A DNA stretch of 60,838 bases, counting the filler, from Stramenopiles sp. TOSAG23-2 (taxonomy: Eukaryota): assembly GCA_900128395.1 (NCBI GenBank). It is 5 parts of 5 records of this genome, joined end to end, with 100 filler letters (N's around TTAATTAATTAA, not from the genome) between each part and the next. Parts side by side here need not be neighbours in the genome. Positions count along the whole stretch, not along the records: positions 36,592 to 48,669 come from LT649880.1; positions 48,770 to 60,838 come from LT649881.1; 3 more parts are not named here. The stretch is one strand, 5' to 3'. This document shows positions 43,301 through 54,304 of this stretch, in pieces; position 1 is the stretch's first letter, and every line of letters begins with the position of its first letter. Made by a program: the position numbers and the translations under genes. The notes below the pieces were generated by a model. It was not told the DNA's origin. It saw nothing but the letters and a program-made list of their open reading frames with translations, and did no database searches.

Positions 43301-44900
43301 ATTTGTATTTTGGAAATTATATGCAATGTACAAGCATTTGAATGTTGGCAAACGTACACAAAGGAATGAAACAACTGCAAAAGATCGTTTTGTCGTTAGC
43401 TTCAACGCATTTCTTTTTTTGCTTTATCCACATAGTTGTAAAGTTTTACTATCGATATTTTCGTGTAAATATATAGGAGATGATTATTATCATTCTTACG
43501 ACGTTTCCGTACGATGCTATAATGGTTCGTATTTCATATTTTTATTGTTGTTCGGAATCCCATTGACGATACTTTACATTATTGGCCTTCCTTCAACTGT
43601 ATTTTATTTTTTAAGAAAGCATCGAGCGCGTTTAGATGAAAGGGTTGTTAAACTTCGTTGGGGAATCTTCTACAGAGGTTTTCGCAGACCTAGATTTTAT
43701 TGGGAAATAACTGTTGCTATTCGCAAGTTATTGATAGTTTTCATTGGAATTATGCAAGTCTCTTTGACGTTAAAAGCTGTATTGGCTCTAGCCACCATTC
43801 AGCAATATATTTATTTACACATAAGATGCGAACCATATAATAGAAAACAGAATCCAATTCTGCATGATTTAGAATATTGGTCATTATTAATTGTTTTTTT
43901 TACAATGTGTTTTGGTCTATTATATACTGTGAAAGATGGTGATTTCAGGGTATTTGCATCATTTATAATCATATCCATGAACATTAGCTTCACTGTGTAT
44001 GTTTTCAATGTATACTTATCAGAGTACTTGAAGGAACACGAATATTTCAGGGACAAAATTCCTGCTTGGGTATTTAATTTCTGTAGCAAAGTTTCTAAAT
44101 TTTTAAGCAATACAAAGAAGAAACTTTGGAAATGTTGTACTAGTGTAAAGTTCAACCGTATGTTTAATCGTGGTGATCAAATAAATGAAAGCGAAGAGTG
44201 GGTGCGAATTTTTGATCATGATCTAGGCCAATTTTATTACAGCCATGAACCAACCTGTACTATATTTTGGGAATATTATCCAAATACCGTTGATGAAAAA
44301 GCGAAGATACGGCAAGAAGGGGAACAAATGCCGCGTGAAAGTGGTTGGAGACGTTATTGGGATGTATCAAATACGTGGGAAAACAATAATACTGCAACTA
44401 GCCGATATTATTTTCATCAAGATGATCGAAGTATGACAAGGTGGGCAAAAGAAAACCCAGAGATGCATCCAAATGGTAGCTCTTTTGCTTTAAAAAATGA
44501 AAGGCTCAATCCATTGCGAGCGCTTGTCAATCGTTTTAGTACAGCTCCTGAGGGAACATCAAAAAAGGTGAGGAAGAAGACGCAAAAATCTGCCAATTCC
44601 TTATCCACCGCATTGGAAATGACAGAGAAAAAAACGAAAAATAAGCCTGAAAAGCCGTCAAAAAAAAAACGACCTACAATGGACATGTCATGGAATCGAA
44701 AGCTAAATCAAGAGCACAAAGCATATTTTTTCACTTCTCATGATGGTCAATTGATCAAATGGGAACAACCTGCTGTAGAGGAGGAAATGAAAAAGGAATT
44801 ACCAACATTTGGATGGATCCTTTATGTTGATGATAATTCATCACGTGAATATTTTTATAATCGAAAAGTTAATGTTTCACTATGGGTATACTCGCCGTAA
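40344..44900 (+). CDS. Receptor-like membrane protein: signal peptide, Cys-rich GCC2/GCC3 (ephrin-receptor-like) repeats, multi-pass TM region, C-terminal WW-like domains
   Basis: Repeated C..C..G.Y motifs; YFQVI..WP, LYP..K.LLSIFSC, YIIGLP, YWE...RK, PY..LE pattern in the TM region; four W..(Y/F)(Y/F)..W.P units at the C-terminus. Confidence 0.85.
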   Translation: MPNHIIVTIVIFVITIVNHLYVPTFASICNQNNPPKTPCDLGFYCSKVIVEGGNQCISCSAGKYADTTDSIPTADGCKKCAKGQYEDEAASRSCKKCKEGQYGDIEESTSCSKCPKGRFNDIRGMISVNQCKICSSGRAGEVEGGTTFEACKECPSGKYAYSTATSCKNCNVQFPLSARGTTNLPQCNNVCPSGTYLASGNQCNTCVAGKVLKYSTGIHYCEECEAGKYSLSNYIFCANDGENCFCKGIIRRYHYKRNNYPNDMETGYKYLNVFGTVKCNSALFGESGTPINNGVNLACSCSAFSTQCNDCEIGYYSSQPGQETCKSCNPGRVNSVKRETSCKECDIGTVQPGYGKSQCENCVAGKAAIDNSKACVECPGGTYTAANLETNCKQCEAGKYSELNIMSTSCKDCKPGRKSPPQTAPVDIPNSYLDNCYNRCPKGSYAINSQCASCDGGKYKNDNGDDKSLCIDCIKGKYNSDGGVYFKHHEECTLCAGGRYSSIKGSLECTLCNPGYVLRNITNSPWKDESIAYKYHDNSNDCKACAVGQSTNGKAGEQFCSNCPVGLYSREGSAVCYDASGLIEDESLYIAEQMELIATRHIGKEIQYPAIKISGCFVPSTGGQSHANVTCSQTYDESLENVPHGYFVQWSNDRDFKTLIGSSKVDLNKRFKFHFQINLTKIDIINETLHIRVASYNNMNEQNRGKWSLADTWLNRRDCDFTREFLDIDGIHFQNEKARLVNIESGKPSTWKCRPCPVGSSCEGYYTWPDVRAKFGYWRYIVETEMAKDGVKQESVSFLECAVHEACLGAKNDDLAFNLVEVSNSDTVPLDTSERCNELLGFQEGKRLCAVCSKGYHVMDTFGNCKVCPTVAAMVVSLFFTFIALAALLAFITYTTVKEVDIQKSQAEVIKRIILNYFQVISLASTFPYEWPEEVRFIFTGTGIFSSIGESLISIDCIFRDYDKYVVFYIRQIAFALLPIFAGALLFVFWKLYAMYKHLNVGKRTQRNETTAKDRFVVSFNAFLFLLYPHSCKVLLSIFSCKYIGDDYYHSYDVSVRCYNGSYFIFLLLFGIPLTILYIIGLPSTVFYFLRKHRARLDERVVKLRWGIFYRGFRRPRFYWEITVAIRKLLIVFIGIMQVSLTLKAVLALATIQQYIYLHIRCEPYNRKQNPILHDLEYWSLLIVFFTMCFGLLYTVKDGDFRVFASFIIISMNISFTVYVFNVYLSEYLKEHEYFRDKIPAWVFNFCSKVSKFLSNTKKKLWKCCTSVKFNRMFNRGDQINESEEWVRIFDHDLGQFYYSHEPTCTIFWEYYPNTVDEKAKIRQEGEQMPRESGWRRYWDVSNTWENNNTATSRYYFHQDDRSMTRWAKENPEMHPNGSSFALKNERLNPLRALVNRFSTAPEGTSKKVRKKTQKSANSLSTALEMTEKKTKNKPEKPSKKKRPTMDMSWNRKLNQEHKAYFFTSHDGQLIKWEQPAVEEEMKKELPTFGWILYVDDNSSREYFYNRKVNVSLWVYSP

Positions 44901-45429
44901 TATAATCTCGGTACTTAAAATATAGGAAGTTAAAATAAAATTGAAAATATATCAAAAGGTTGTTTTTGCATGATGGAAAAGATAGTGTGTCTTGTTGAAG
45001 TTTAGAAGATTGGAGAAGAGAGGAAAAGGTATTTGGGGTAACATCGTATTTAAATGTCACTGTATGATATCATACTCTATATAAACATAAAAACAAAAAG
45101 TTACGCTTCGTAGTAAACATAGATCAAAATACATTTTTTTTATTTTTTATTAAAATATTATTTTACATTAATTAAATATATATTAATTAATAATATGAGA
45201 TAGATTATTTCAGTTATTTTATTCTTTTGAAGAGTAGGAATTATCATGAGTAAATTAAAAATAAATTATGCGTAAATTAAATTATAATATATTATAAATT
45301 AATTAAGCGTAAATTAAATTATTAATTAATTAATAATATTTAATATTTTTTTAAAAAAATATATTTTCAGGTTCTTTAAAAATACGAATTCTACACGTTG
45401 TAAAATGCGATATATGTGTGAATCTTTTT

Positions 45430-48400
45430 TTACCTCTCTGAAATAAATTTTTGGACTTCGATAAATCCATTATCACCATACTCTTGAAATGTAAATGTAT
45501 AATGGCATTGCGCTTCACTAAATATCATATCTGCTTCTTCCTCTCCTTCCCCAATTTGAAACTCTTCATCATCATCTTGTGCTTGATTGAAACCTAAATA
45601 TAATATTGAATCTTGTTGATCGTCTTCACATGCAAATTCAATTAAATCTTTTCTTGCATGGCATATCAACTGTTCTTCTTGTTTACCCTTTCGTAGTTGC
45701 GGTGGCATTTCAATTTCTAATGTGCTGCTATTGTCTATATTTTTCTTGTTTCTTGCTATTTTTTTTTTCAAACTAACATCATCCTCATCAATATTATTAA
45801 AATCTATTAGTAATAAAAAGTGTGTTTCCGTAATGCATAAAATACGTTTGCCGATTAATCTTCCTCCGTTTTTTGTATCAAACCAATGTACCCTAGCTAG
45901 ACATTCAATTTGTGATGAGAACACTTCATCTTCATTGATATTATCTTCTTTTACATGTTCATCATTACGTGAAATTATATCCTTTTGCAATTTACTGGAT
46001 ATGTCCCTTAATACATTTTGCATTTGCTTTCGAAATTTTTCATCATGGCGAAAACACTGCACGCGCTTTTCAAAATCAAGTTCTTGTGTATGAAATATTG
46101 CAAATCGCGATAATTCATTGAAAGTACTTTCACAAATGGCGGAACGTGAAAACTTGAAATGTAAAATATCTCTAGATTTTAACAGTAAATGTATTTCATC
46201 AGACAAACGACCTAATGTAACACTACTGATATCAAGATAATTAATTTCCACAACATCAAATAATTGTTGCTCGAATGAAAGTATTTCATCATCAAAAACA
46301 GATTTATTTTTATCCTTGCTTTTTAAATAAGTTATTTTCTTAGTAGAAATAATAAACCACACATCATTGTAATCACGTTTTTCAAACACAGTATTGTTTA
46401 CATTTGAATCAGCCTGTTTGTGCATAAATGATGACGGAACGCATGTATTAATACGTTCAAGGCATGGGTCATTAGTTATACCGAAAGAAACACAAAGGTC
46501 AAGAAGACGTGCACGTTTCAATTTCCAATTAACATGATTCAATACATCTTGTAAAAATGCATCTGGCATATTTACTATTTCTTCTACTTGCTCCCGTGAT
46601 ATTTCTGAAAGAATTTTATGCCTTCGGTCTATGTCAGCAGAAACAATTAATGTTGATATCATGTCTCGTAATCCATTTACTAATAAAATTTTACGCTTTC
46701 GCCTTAGATAATAATTTTGTTGGTGATGATGCGAGTCGTCAATATGATCACGCCATGTCAAGACGGTCCTTGTCAACACATATATTGTATGCCTAATTGT
46801 TGTTTCGTTTACCCACATCAGTAAATAATCATTCATCGCTTCTTGGTCAAATATACAACCAATACCATCTTCATCCTTGGTTCGAATGTATTTCATTTCG
46901 CGCATGACTGTAAGACATGCATTTACCCCTTGTTGCAATAGTGCCTCTTCCTCAACGCCTAAATGATGTTCCAAAATACTTGGATGACTAACAACTAAAT
47001 CCCACATAGAAAAAACCAATGAATACAATTCCACATGCTTTGCATTTTCAGTACAAATATTTGGTGCCATTCTAACACAACTTGTTAATACCGCAAAATA
47101 TTTAGCTCCTGTATTGTATTGATACCAATGTGGATTTTGAATTGCATTAGTCACTTGATTTGCTAGCTTTAATAAATAATAATTTGTTCGAAGAAGATCT
47201 ATAAAGGCCACTCTATGCTCGCCATTTGCCGTCAAAGTTGTCAGGGTGTACAATAAACGTAATAATGGTGCCAAACGGATGCAATTTTCATTACAAATAG
47301 TCGGTTCAGGGGGGGTGAAACTAAATTGATGAATTTCATCATGTTTCTCCTTACTACCATCTAAACTATTCTCTCGACTATTCGCATTCTTATTGTTGTT
47401 GTTTCCAGCATAATAAACATCATCTGCTGGACGTTCAGAGAATATCAATGTATGTAAAAGGAACGCGCAGCCATTTACTGATGGTGATTGGATATTTTCA
47501 CCATCAATACCTTTTTTTCCTTCCATTTTGTTTCTCATACTAGCTTTTCGCTTCTCTCTAACACTAAAATAATCCAATGTATACGCATGCGAGTCATTTT
47601 TTTTAATTACATCGGGAGTCTTGCATCGTTCAAGTGCATATTTCAAAAGCAATTTCAATCCGCCAAATTCTTGTAAATATCGTCGTTGTTGATAAATATG
47701 TGAACTTTGAGGTTCTAACGAGTATACGTCCGATTTAAATGGCCATTCAAAATCCCACCATTCATCTAAATCTGACTCTTGTTTTAATTCTTTCCACTCA
47801 CATTCAATCATTTTTTGAATTGATATTTTTTTCCTTTCATCTATTACATCATCATCGTCATCATCATCCACTATATTATCTTCATCATACTCCGATCCTT
47901 CGCTTTCGATCTCTTCTTCATGGAAACTTAATCTATTTGTGTATTTATGCGGAGGTTTTATACCAAATGCTGTAAAAAAAGGTATTAAACGCAAGCCTAT
48001 TCTGCAATTAAGAACATCATTTGGATTGTCTAAATACACTGACGACTCTCCTTTCAGCTCTTCTGATGTCGGGTCTCGTATTCCCATTGCTATGTCTGCA
48101 ATTCTACGTAATATCCTTTGAAAAACAACACCATTTGCTCTCAATGGTTTGCTTCCATATGTACCTTTTATTGCATCTAATAAATATTTTATTTGTGCTC
48201 CAGTCCAAATTCGTTCCACTGGCAATGGTACATAATTTTTCCTACTCATTTCGTTTGCTGCTATGGGCCTTGAAACAAATCTTTCACTTTGCGAATCTTC
48301 ATAATAAAGCGTTTTGCACATTTGTTCATTTACAGAGCTATTACTTAAATTATTTCTTAGCTTTGTAGCACTAGCAGTTATTAAAAAGTCAATCATGGAG

Positions 48401-48669
48401 TTTGTCAATTCTGCCTTTTCTAATGCTTCATCATGATCATCGCCCGTATCACGTGAAGCATTTTGAACTAAGATACGCATGGCTGTAATAATAGCAATCG
48501 AAGCATTTGATAATGATACGTCATTATTTACCGGTGCGTTTTCATCAGGATCAATATAATCATCTTCCTCGTCGTCCTCATCACCAACATCATCATTTCT
48601 ACTTACATCGTAATTACTATTGCAACAAGGGGTAAATGCATGTCTTACAGTCATGCGCGAAATGAAATA
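45430..48669 (-). CDS. Large hypothetical protein, probably 5'-truncated by the contig end; helical core and possible PH-like C-terminal region
   Basis: 1074-aa ORF whose frame stays open to the contig edge; KRILCITETHFLLL is PH-like (weak). Confidence 0.7.
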   Translation of the reverse strand, partial: YFISRMTVRHAFTPCCNSNYDVSRNDDVGDEDDEEDDYIDPDENAPVNNDVSLSNASIAIITAMRILVQNASRDTGDDHDEALEKAELTNSMIDFLITASATKLRNNLSNSSVNEQMCKTLYYEDSQSERFVSRPIAANEMSRKNYVPLPVERIWTGAQIKYLLDAIKGTYGSKPLRANGVVFQRILRRIADIAMGIRDPTSEELKGESSVYLDNPNDVLNCRIGLRLIPFFTAFGIKPPHKYTNRLSFHEEEIESEGSEYDEDNIVDDDDDDDVIDERKKISIQKMIECEWKELKQESDLDEWWDFEWPFKSDVYSLEPQSSHIYQQRRYLQEFGGLKLLLKYALERCKTPDVIKKNDSHAYTLDYFSVREKRKASMRNKMEGKKGIDGENIQSPSVNGCAFLLHTLIFSERPADDVYYAGNNNNKNANSRENSLDGSKEKHDEIHQFSFTPPEPTICNENCIRLAPLLRLLYTLTTLTANGEHRVAFIDLLRTNYYLLKLANQVTNAIQNPHWYQYNTGAKYFAVLTSCVRMAPNICTENAKHVELYSLVFSMWDLVVSHPSILEHHLGVEEEALLQQGVNACLTVMREMKYIRTKDEDGIGCIFDQEAMNDYLLMWVNETTIRHTIYVLTRTVLTWRDHIDDSHHHQQNYYLRRKRKILLVNGLRDMISTLIVSADIDRRHKILSEISREQVEEIVNMPDAFLQDVLNHVNWKLKRARLLDLCVSFGITNDPCLERINTCVPSSFMHKQADSNVNNTVFEKRDYNDVWFIISTKKITYLKSKDKNKSVFDDEILSFEQQLFDVVEINYLDISSVTLGRLSDEIHLLLKSRDILHFKFSRSAICESTFNELSRFAIFHTQELDFEKRVQCFRHDEKFRKQMQNVLRDISSKLQKDIISRNDEHVKEDNINEDEVFSSQIECLARVHWFDTKNGGRLIGKRILCITETHFLLLIDFNNIDEDDVSLKKKIARNKKNIDNSSTLEIEMPPQLRKGKQEEQLICHARKDLIEFACEDDQQDSILYLGFNQAQDDDEEFQIGEGEEEADMIFSEAQCHYTFTFQEYGDNGFIEVQKFISER

Positions 48670-48769
48670 NNNNNNNNNNNNNNNNNNNNNNNNNNNNNNN
48701 NNNNNNNNNNNNNTTAATTAATTAANNNNNNNNNNNNNNNNNNNNNNNNNNNNNNNNNNNNNNNNNNNN
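48670..48769. other. Artificial contig spacer
   Basis: 44 N + TTAATTAATTAA + 44 N. Confidence 0.98.
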
Positions 48770-48832
48770 CTATATAAAAGTGTAGTTAAATATGTGATCA
48801 TGGTTTTAACACTACACAGTATTGAAAAAAGA

Positions 48833-48874
48833 GCATCTGTCCGGCATCTGTCCGGCATCTGTCCGGACAGATGC
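48833..48874. repeat. GCATCTGTCCG x3 followed by an inverted copy (perfect 20-bp palindrome)
   Basis: gcatctgtccg gcatctgtccg gcatctgtccggacagatgc. Confidence 0.9.
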
Positions 48875-49300
48875 TTTTTGATAGTATAATTTTATACTTG
48901 TTAATGTACTAATAAGTAGACAAATAATACCTAAAATACGATTCCACTTTTCCAGCCTCTGTCTTGATGCTGTCTTATTAGTTCCATCGGGATTTTTAAG
49001 GAAATATAAATAATATGAACCTATAAACACGAGCCTAAGGCCAGCTAACAATAACTTAAACTCGAATATAGAGATCACCCAACCAGGCCAACAATAACAA
49101 CAACAACAACCATTTCTGAAGAAGGTGCGAAGTAAGAGCATCACCACAAGAATCAATAATAATAATAATAATACATAATCGAACAACAAACAACAAAAAG
49201 AAAATGAAAATTCATATATACTTTAATATTTTGACATGTATGTGTATCTATGTGTATCTGTTCCATCTGTTTTCTCTTTCTTCTATATATGCAGCAAAAG

Positions 49301-50830
49301 ATGAAGTCTATCTTCAAACAAACCATTAAAAAACGAATTAACCTATGGACACAACCAAGATCATCTTCGACGTCGCTTATGTACAGCTTTAATCACGTGA
49401 AATATAATTATTCATCAGCTACAATACGCACTCCTGAGACGGATCTATTGAAAGTTGTGAAAGATTATATATATATGCGAGGACCAATTAGCATTTCAGA
49501 ATATATGCGAATTGCACTATTGCATCCACAATTTGGATATTATTGTAGATCCGATGCGTTTGGTACAAAAGGTGATTTCACAACAGCACCTGAAATTAGC
49601 CAATTATTTGGAGAAATGATTGGCATATGGTGCTTGTCTATGTGGATGGATTTAGGCAAACCATCTAAAATGAATATTGTTGAGTTAGGTCCAGGCCGTG
49701 GTACGTTGATGGCTGATGTATTACGTGTATGTAATAAATTTCCAGAATTTCAAAATGCAATAAATGTAAATTTTGTTGAACGTAGTGCATTATTAAGAGA
49801 TACGCAATGTGAAAAGTTAGGATGTATCAACGTAAAGGAAATTTTAAATAATAAAGGAGAAAAGGTGGACAATGGTAGTGGTGCTAATATTGGAGATGAT
49901 CAAAATGAAACTCTGATAGGGTATTATTCCAAAAATGATAATGTGAAAGTTTCATGGTATGAAGAAATTGAATTGATTCCAACAAATCAAGGTATACCAT
50001 CTATATTCATTGCGCAAGAATTTTTTGATGCATTACCAGTACATCAATTTCAACTTACAAAAGAAGGTTGGTGTGAACGCTTAGTAGATATTGAAACTTC
50101 AAACGATGGTAAACATCATTTACGTATGGTTTTGTCACAAACACCAACTATCGCTTCAAGGGCATTTTTTAAAGGCAATAAAGATTCTAAAATTGATTTG
50201 AAAACAATTGTAAAAAACTCATATATGGATAGTGATGATATAGTAAATCACACGGGGACGTTAACAAATACCACATCATCAGTTACTACTAATAATGATG
50301 GCGATAGGAAAGAAGAGGAATATGAACATTTTAATAGTATAGAATTTTGTCCAGCTGGTATTGGTACGGCACAAACAATTGCAAAACGTATAGAAGCGGA
50401 CAGTGGGGCAGCATTAATTATTGATTATGGAAATGCTGATACTGTATCCTCATCTATACGAGGCATCAAAGATCATCAATTTGTATCTGCTTTGCAAGAG
50501 CCTGGTTTAATTGATTTATCCGCAGATGTAGATTTCAAAGCATTAAAATTAGGGATTGATTTAATACAGAATATAGAATGTACAAATGTTATTGGGCAAG
50601 GAACATTTTTGAAAAATATGGGTATTGATTATCGTATGGCCGCATTGTTAACCAATGCACAGAACGATGATGAGCTTGCAGAAAAGTTAATTTCAGGATA
50701 TGAGCGTCTAGTGGATGGTGTGGATGGTATGGGTGAATTATACAAAGTGATGGGAATTTATAATGTGAAAAATAAACATGTTACAGGTGGTAATGATCAT
50801 CAGATTACTGGATTTTTTGAGCCATTGTAG
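49301..50830 (+). CDS. NDUFAF7: Mitochondrial protein-arginine methyltransferase NDUFAF7/MidA
   Basis: GPISISEYM..L.HP..GYY, GDFTTAPEISQLFGEMIG, VELGPGRGTLMADVLR, IAQEFFDALP, LIIDYG, PG..DLSADVDF, MGELYKV; basic Ser-rich presequence from ATG 49301. Confidence 0.93.
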   Translation: MKSIFKQTIKKRINLWTQPRSSSTSLMYSFNHVKYNYSSATIRTPETDLLKVVKDYIYMRGPISISEYMRIALLHPQFGYYCRSDAFGTKGDFTTAPEISQLFGEMIGIWCLSMWMDLGKPSKMNIVELGPGRGTLMADVLRVCNKFPEFQNAINVNFVERSALLRDTQCEKLGCINVKEILNNKGEKVDNGSGANIGDDQNETLIGYYSKNDNVKVSWYEEIELIPTNQGIPSIFIAQEFFDALPVHQFQLTKEGWCERLVDIETSNDGKHHLRMVLSQTPTIASRAFFKGNKDSKIDLKTIVKNSYMDSDDIVNHTGTLTNTTSSVTTNNDGDRKEEEYEHFNSIEFCPAGIGTAQTIAKRIEADSGAALIIDYGNADTVSSSIRGIKDHQFVSALQEPGLIDLSADVDFKALKLGIDLIQNIECTNVIGQGTFLKNMGIDYRMAALLTNAQNDDELAEKLISGYERLVDGVDGMGELYKVMGIYNVKNKHVTGGNDHQITGFFEPL

Positions 50831-51069
50831 AGATTCCCAAAGCCAATACGAGTATATGTTTGTGTGTGTGTGTGTACATATGATATTCACATATATTATA
50901 TACATTAATACTTTGGAACCAAGTATCATACGAGCGTACGTTCGTCGTATCATTTTATTAAAATATCATAACCTTAAAATATTATAATATATGTGTATGT
51001 GTATATCTATGATGACGAAGATATGTATCATACCAGCATACACACACCTTCTTCTCTCTCCTTTTTTTT

Positions 51070-51542
51070 TCACTTCTTCCGTCTGTACCTTCCTTTTTGT
51101 TCATATTGCACAGTATCCAGTTGAAGAGACGCAATGTTTGTTAATCGTCTTTTGATTTCACGTTCTTTTTTCATTACGTCGGTTTCTTTACCTAACTTTG
51201 CCATAGCTGTTGAACTACGATGCAATCGTCTATTACTACCAAATGCACCGCAGCCAGTAGCTGGGGAATCGATACCTCTATTCAATGAACGGACATTTTT
51301 CCCTCCCCGTTGTAAACGCATTTTTTTACAAAGTTCTCGTTCCATTTTAGAATCTTTTTTCATTTGTTTGAGTTCCTTTCTTAGATCTTTTCCTTTTGCT
51401 ATTATCTTATTTGATATCGGGTTTAGACGCGTTATGTGCTTTTTTTTAGATTCAATGCTATCGGATATGGATAATCGTTTCTTCGACTTTTGCTCTCTCC
51501 TAGAGTATTGGTGTTTTCTACTCCTGATTCCATTGCTGATAC

Positions 51543-51573
<31 letters not shown>

Positions 51574-53220
51574 ATTGGATCTACTTTTGCTTTTTCTATT
51601 GTTACTATTGAATGCAACATTAGAATTTTTTTTGAAATAATTATTTTTACTTTTTTTGACAGTAGGACTTATCGACATAGATACCGAATGTAATAATTGA
51701 TAATCAAAGGTACGATTGTTATCAAATGTTGATAATAAATCATTTTTCGCACTATCATTGTCACTTTCGCTACTCACTGAGCTGTTGCTAGTCGTAGTTG
51801 CACTTCCCGATTTATATTCCATATTGGTTGTATAATCACCTATTTCCACATATCGTTTATGTCGTTGCTGGTGTTGTATTTGTGACTCTTGTATGTGCTG
51901 CTTCAATTGTCGTCGTTTTTCCTGCTGGGTTTGAAGTTTCATCAATCGTTTTCTTTTGCCCTCCCTACTATTTAACAATGTAGCCTTCGATCGCATTTGT
52001 GATATATGCGCCTTAACTTCTTTTTGTCGTTTATTTGCAATAAAAGCAAAACGACATCTGTCGCATAATATTTCTTTTCCTTTCATATTTTGTTGTTGAT
52101 GTTGATATGCACCAGATCGAAATGGAAGAACTACACTACATTCTTCACAACGTTGTATTGCACGATGAACCTGAGGAAAAAGTGCTTCTTGGATAATAGC
52201 ATTGCTAGATGCATTTATTAAGTTATTAGTATATAAAGTATTCGTATTATTACTTCCATGGTGACCAATTAATTGAGGTATTTTTCTTTTGTCATTTATT
52301 ATCATATTATTGTTGTAATTAGAATTGTGTTGTTCATTACTAGTAACATTATTGATGATGTTGCTATTGTTGTTAGCTTGATAAGAAGATGCGGTCAACA
52401 TTTTTTCCCAATCTGTCAATACATGTCGTTCACTCGGATGCATATCACGTTCTTCCACTGGTGGAATAAATGTCCTTTCACGATTTTTGGATGTTAACTT
52501 ATCAACTAACTCTGATGCTGATGAATGTTGAAATCGAACAAATGGATTTTTTAGAGATTCTAATACAAGCTTTTGGTTCTTATTATAATAAAATCCGTTG
52601 CTTATTTTAAAATTTCGATGATGTTGATGTTCTTGTTCGTGGTATAATTGGTGATATTGACTATTATGTTGTTGCTTCTCTTCAGCACCATCTTGTAGAT
52701 GTACTTCTTCGAATAAACTGTTCATAGAACTTGATGTTTTTTGTTCATTGTTTCTAGCCGTATAAAATTCAAGCAGTTTTTCATAACTGCTTTTACCATT
52801 TGTTGGCAGTTGGCGGCTATTTGGATGATTAGTAGATGTTATATTGTTCCCTGGAATAATAAATGGATGTAATTTTTGGATTTCTTTTCTAGGTTGTTGG
52901 TATTGTTTCTTTCTCTCTCGTTTGCTTCCACCAGTTGTATTTTCGATACGCGCTAATAAATACTCCTTCCTTTTCGTTTCTTCTTTTGTTGGGCTATGTA
53001 AACGTTTCAATCGCTTTGCTCTTTCTATCCGATTTTTTTCTGCTTTAATTGCAGCAATCCTAGCTTCTTCTTTCCATATTTCATGTTGCTCTTTTTCGAG
53101 TTGTTCTTGTGCTTTTAAGTTTCCACTTGCTTTACATGAGACGACTAGAACCAAATTTTGAACTAGTTTTACTACTTCTTTTGGAATTAGATTATTAATA
53201 GAATTTGTAGATGATGACAT
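51070..53220 (-). CDS. Hypothetical low-complexity/coiled-coil protein with a CxxC..CxxC motif (716 aa)
   Basis: Long ATG ORF; CEEC..CDRC possible zinc ribbon; N/Q/S-rich. Confidence 0.7.
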
Positions 53221-54304
53221 ATTGCGTTGGAAAAATTATGTCACTACAAAACAAAAATTCAGCGTCTATATTTGATTCTCTGCTGATATGAAATGATTAA
53301 AAAAAAATAATATCTGTCTCTTTTAGAATGAAGTTTATATGCTTGTGAAATATGTATGTATTGTGTATACAGAAATATTATATTATATACGTCTTTTACA
53401 GTGTCACATGATGTGTCACAGTTGTGGTGGTGTCGCTCGGTGTAATAATAGCAAAATAATAATAACAATACAGTAGTAGTAATAGTAATAAAAGCTTTAT
53501 AATAAGAAAGGCTGGTCTGGCTGTATAGTTTCCAACCTTTCCTGGCTTTCATAATATTATTATGAACACAGCATTATTTTATGATTTGAAATGATGTGCA
53601 ACACAACAAAAAAAGCTATTATATATTCATTTTTAAGATAAAGACAGCATATAATAAATTAGACGTCATTTAACTTTTTAATTTTGGCAATTTAAAATTG
53701 CAAATCAATATAAATATTAAAATACAAATGCTAAATATTATACTTAAAATCCTAAATTTGTAGAATGCATGTACTATTCTAGAACTATCAAAAATTTTAA
53801 AAAAGTCTGGAAAGAGCAAAAGTCTAGAATAAGGTTTCTTTTTTCCATTTTTTCTGTTGTAAATACCCCCTCGACGACCATTGCTGATATATTCGTTTTT
53901 TCTTCTTCTTCATTAAAAATATATATATAAGTTAAAAATGATAATAGGGTTGCATAGATTCCACAAATACAAAATAGAAAATGAATATCTATATCCTATA
54001 TCATATTTTAAAAAACATATATAGGTTGATAAAGATAAGATCAGTATTGGACAACTACTTCTACTGTATATATATATATATAATAAGTATAATCGTCATC
54101 TTAAAAATATATAAGAATTATTAGTAGTAGTGCATTAGTAGTATTACATTTTTTTATTTATTTAAATTTTAATAATAATTTTTATAAAAACGAAGTATAT
54201 AGGAATAATAATAATAATACTGTGTATAAAAGTCGTTGTAAATTTTATACATCATTATAAACATAAGATATTTTCAAACATACATCTATTACTTGTGAAA
54301 CAAG

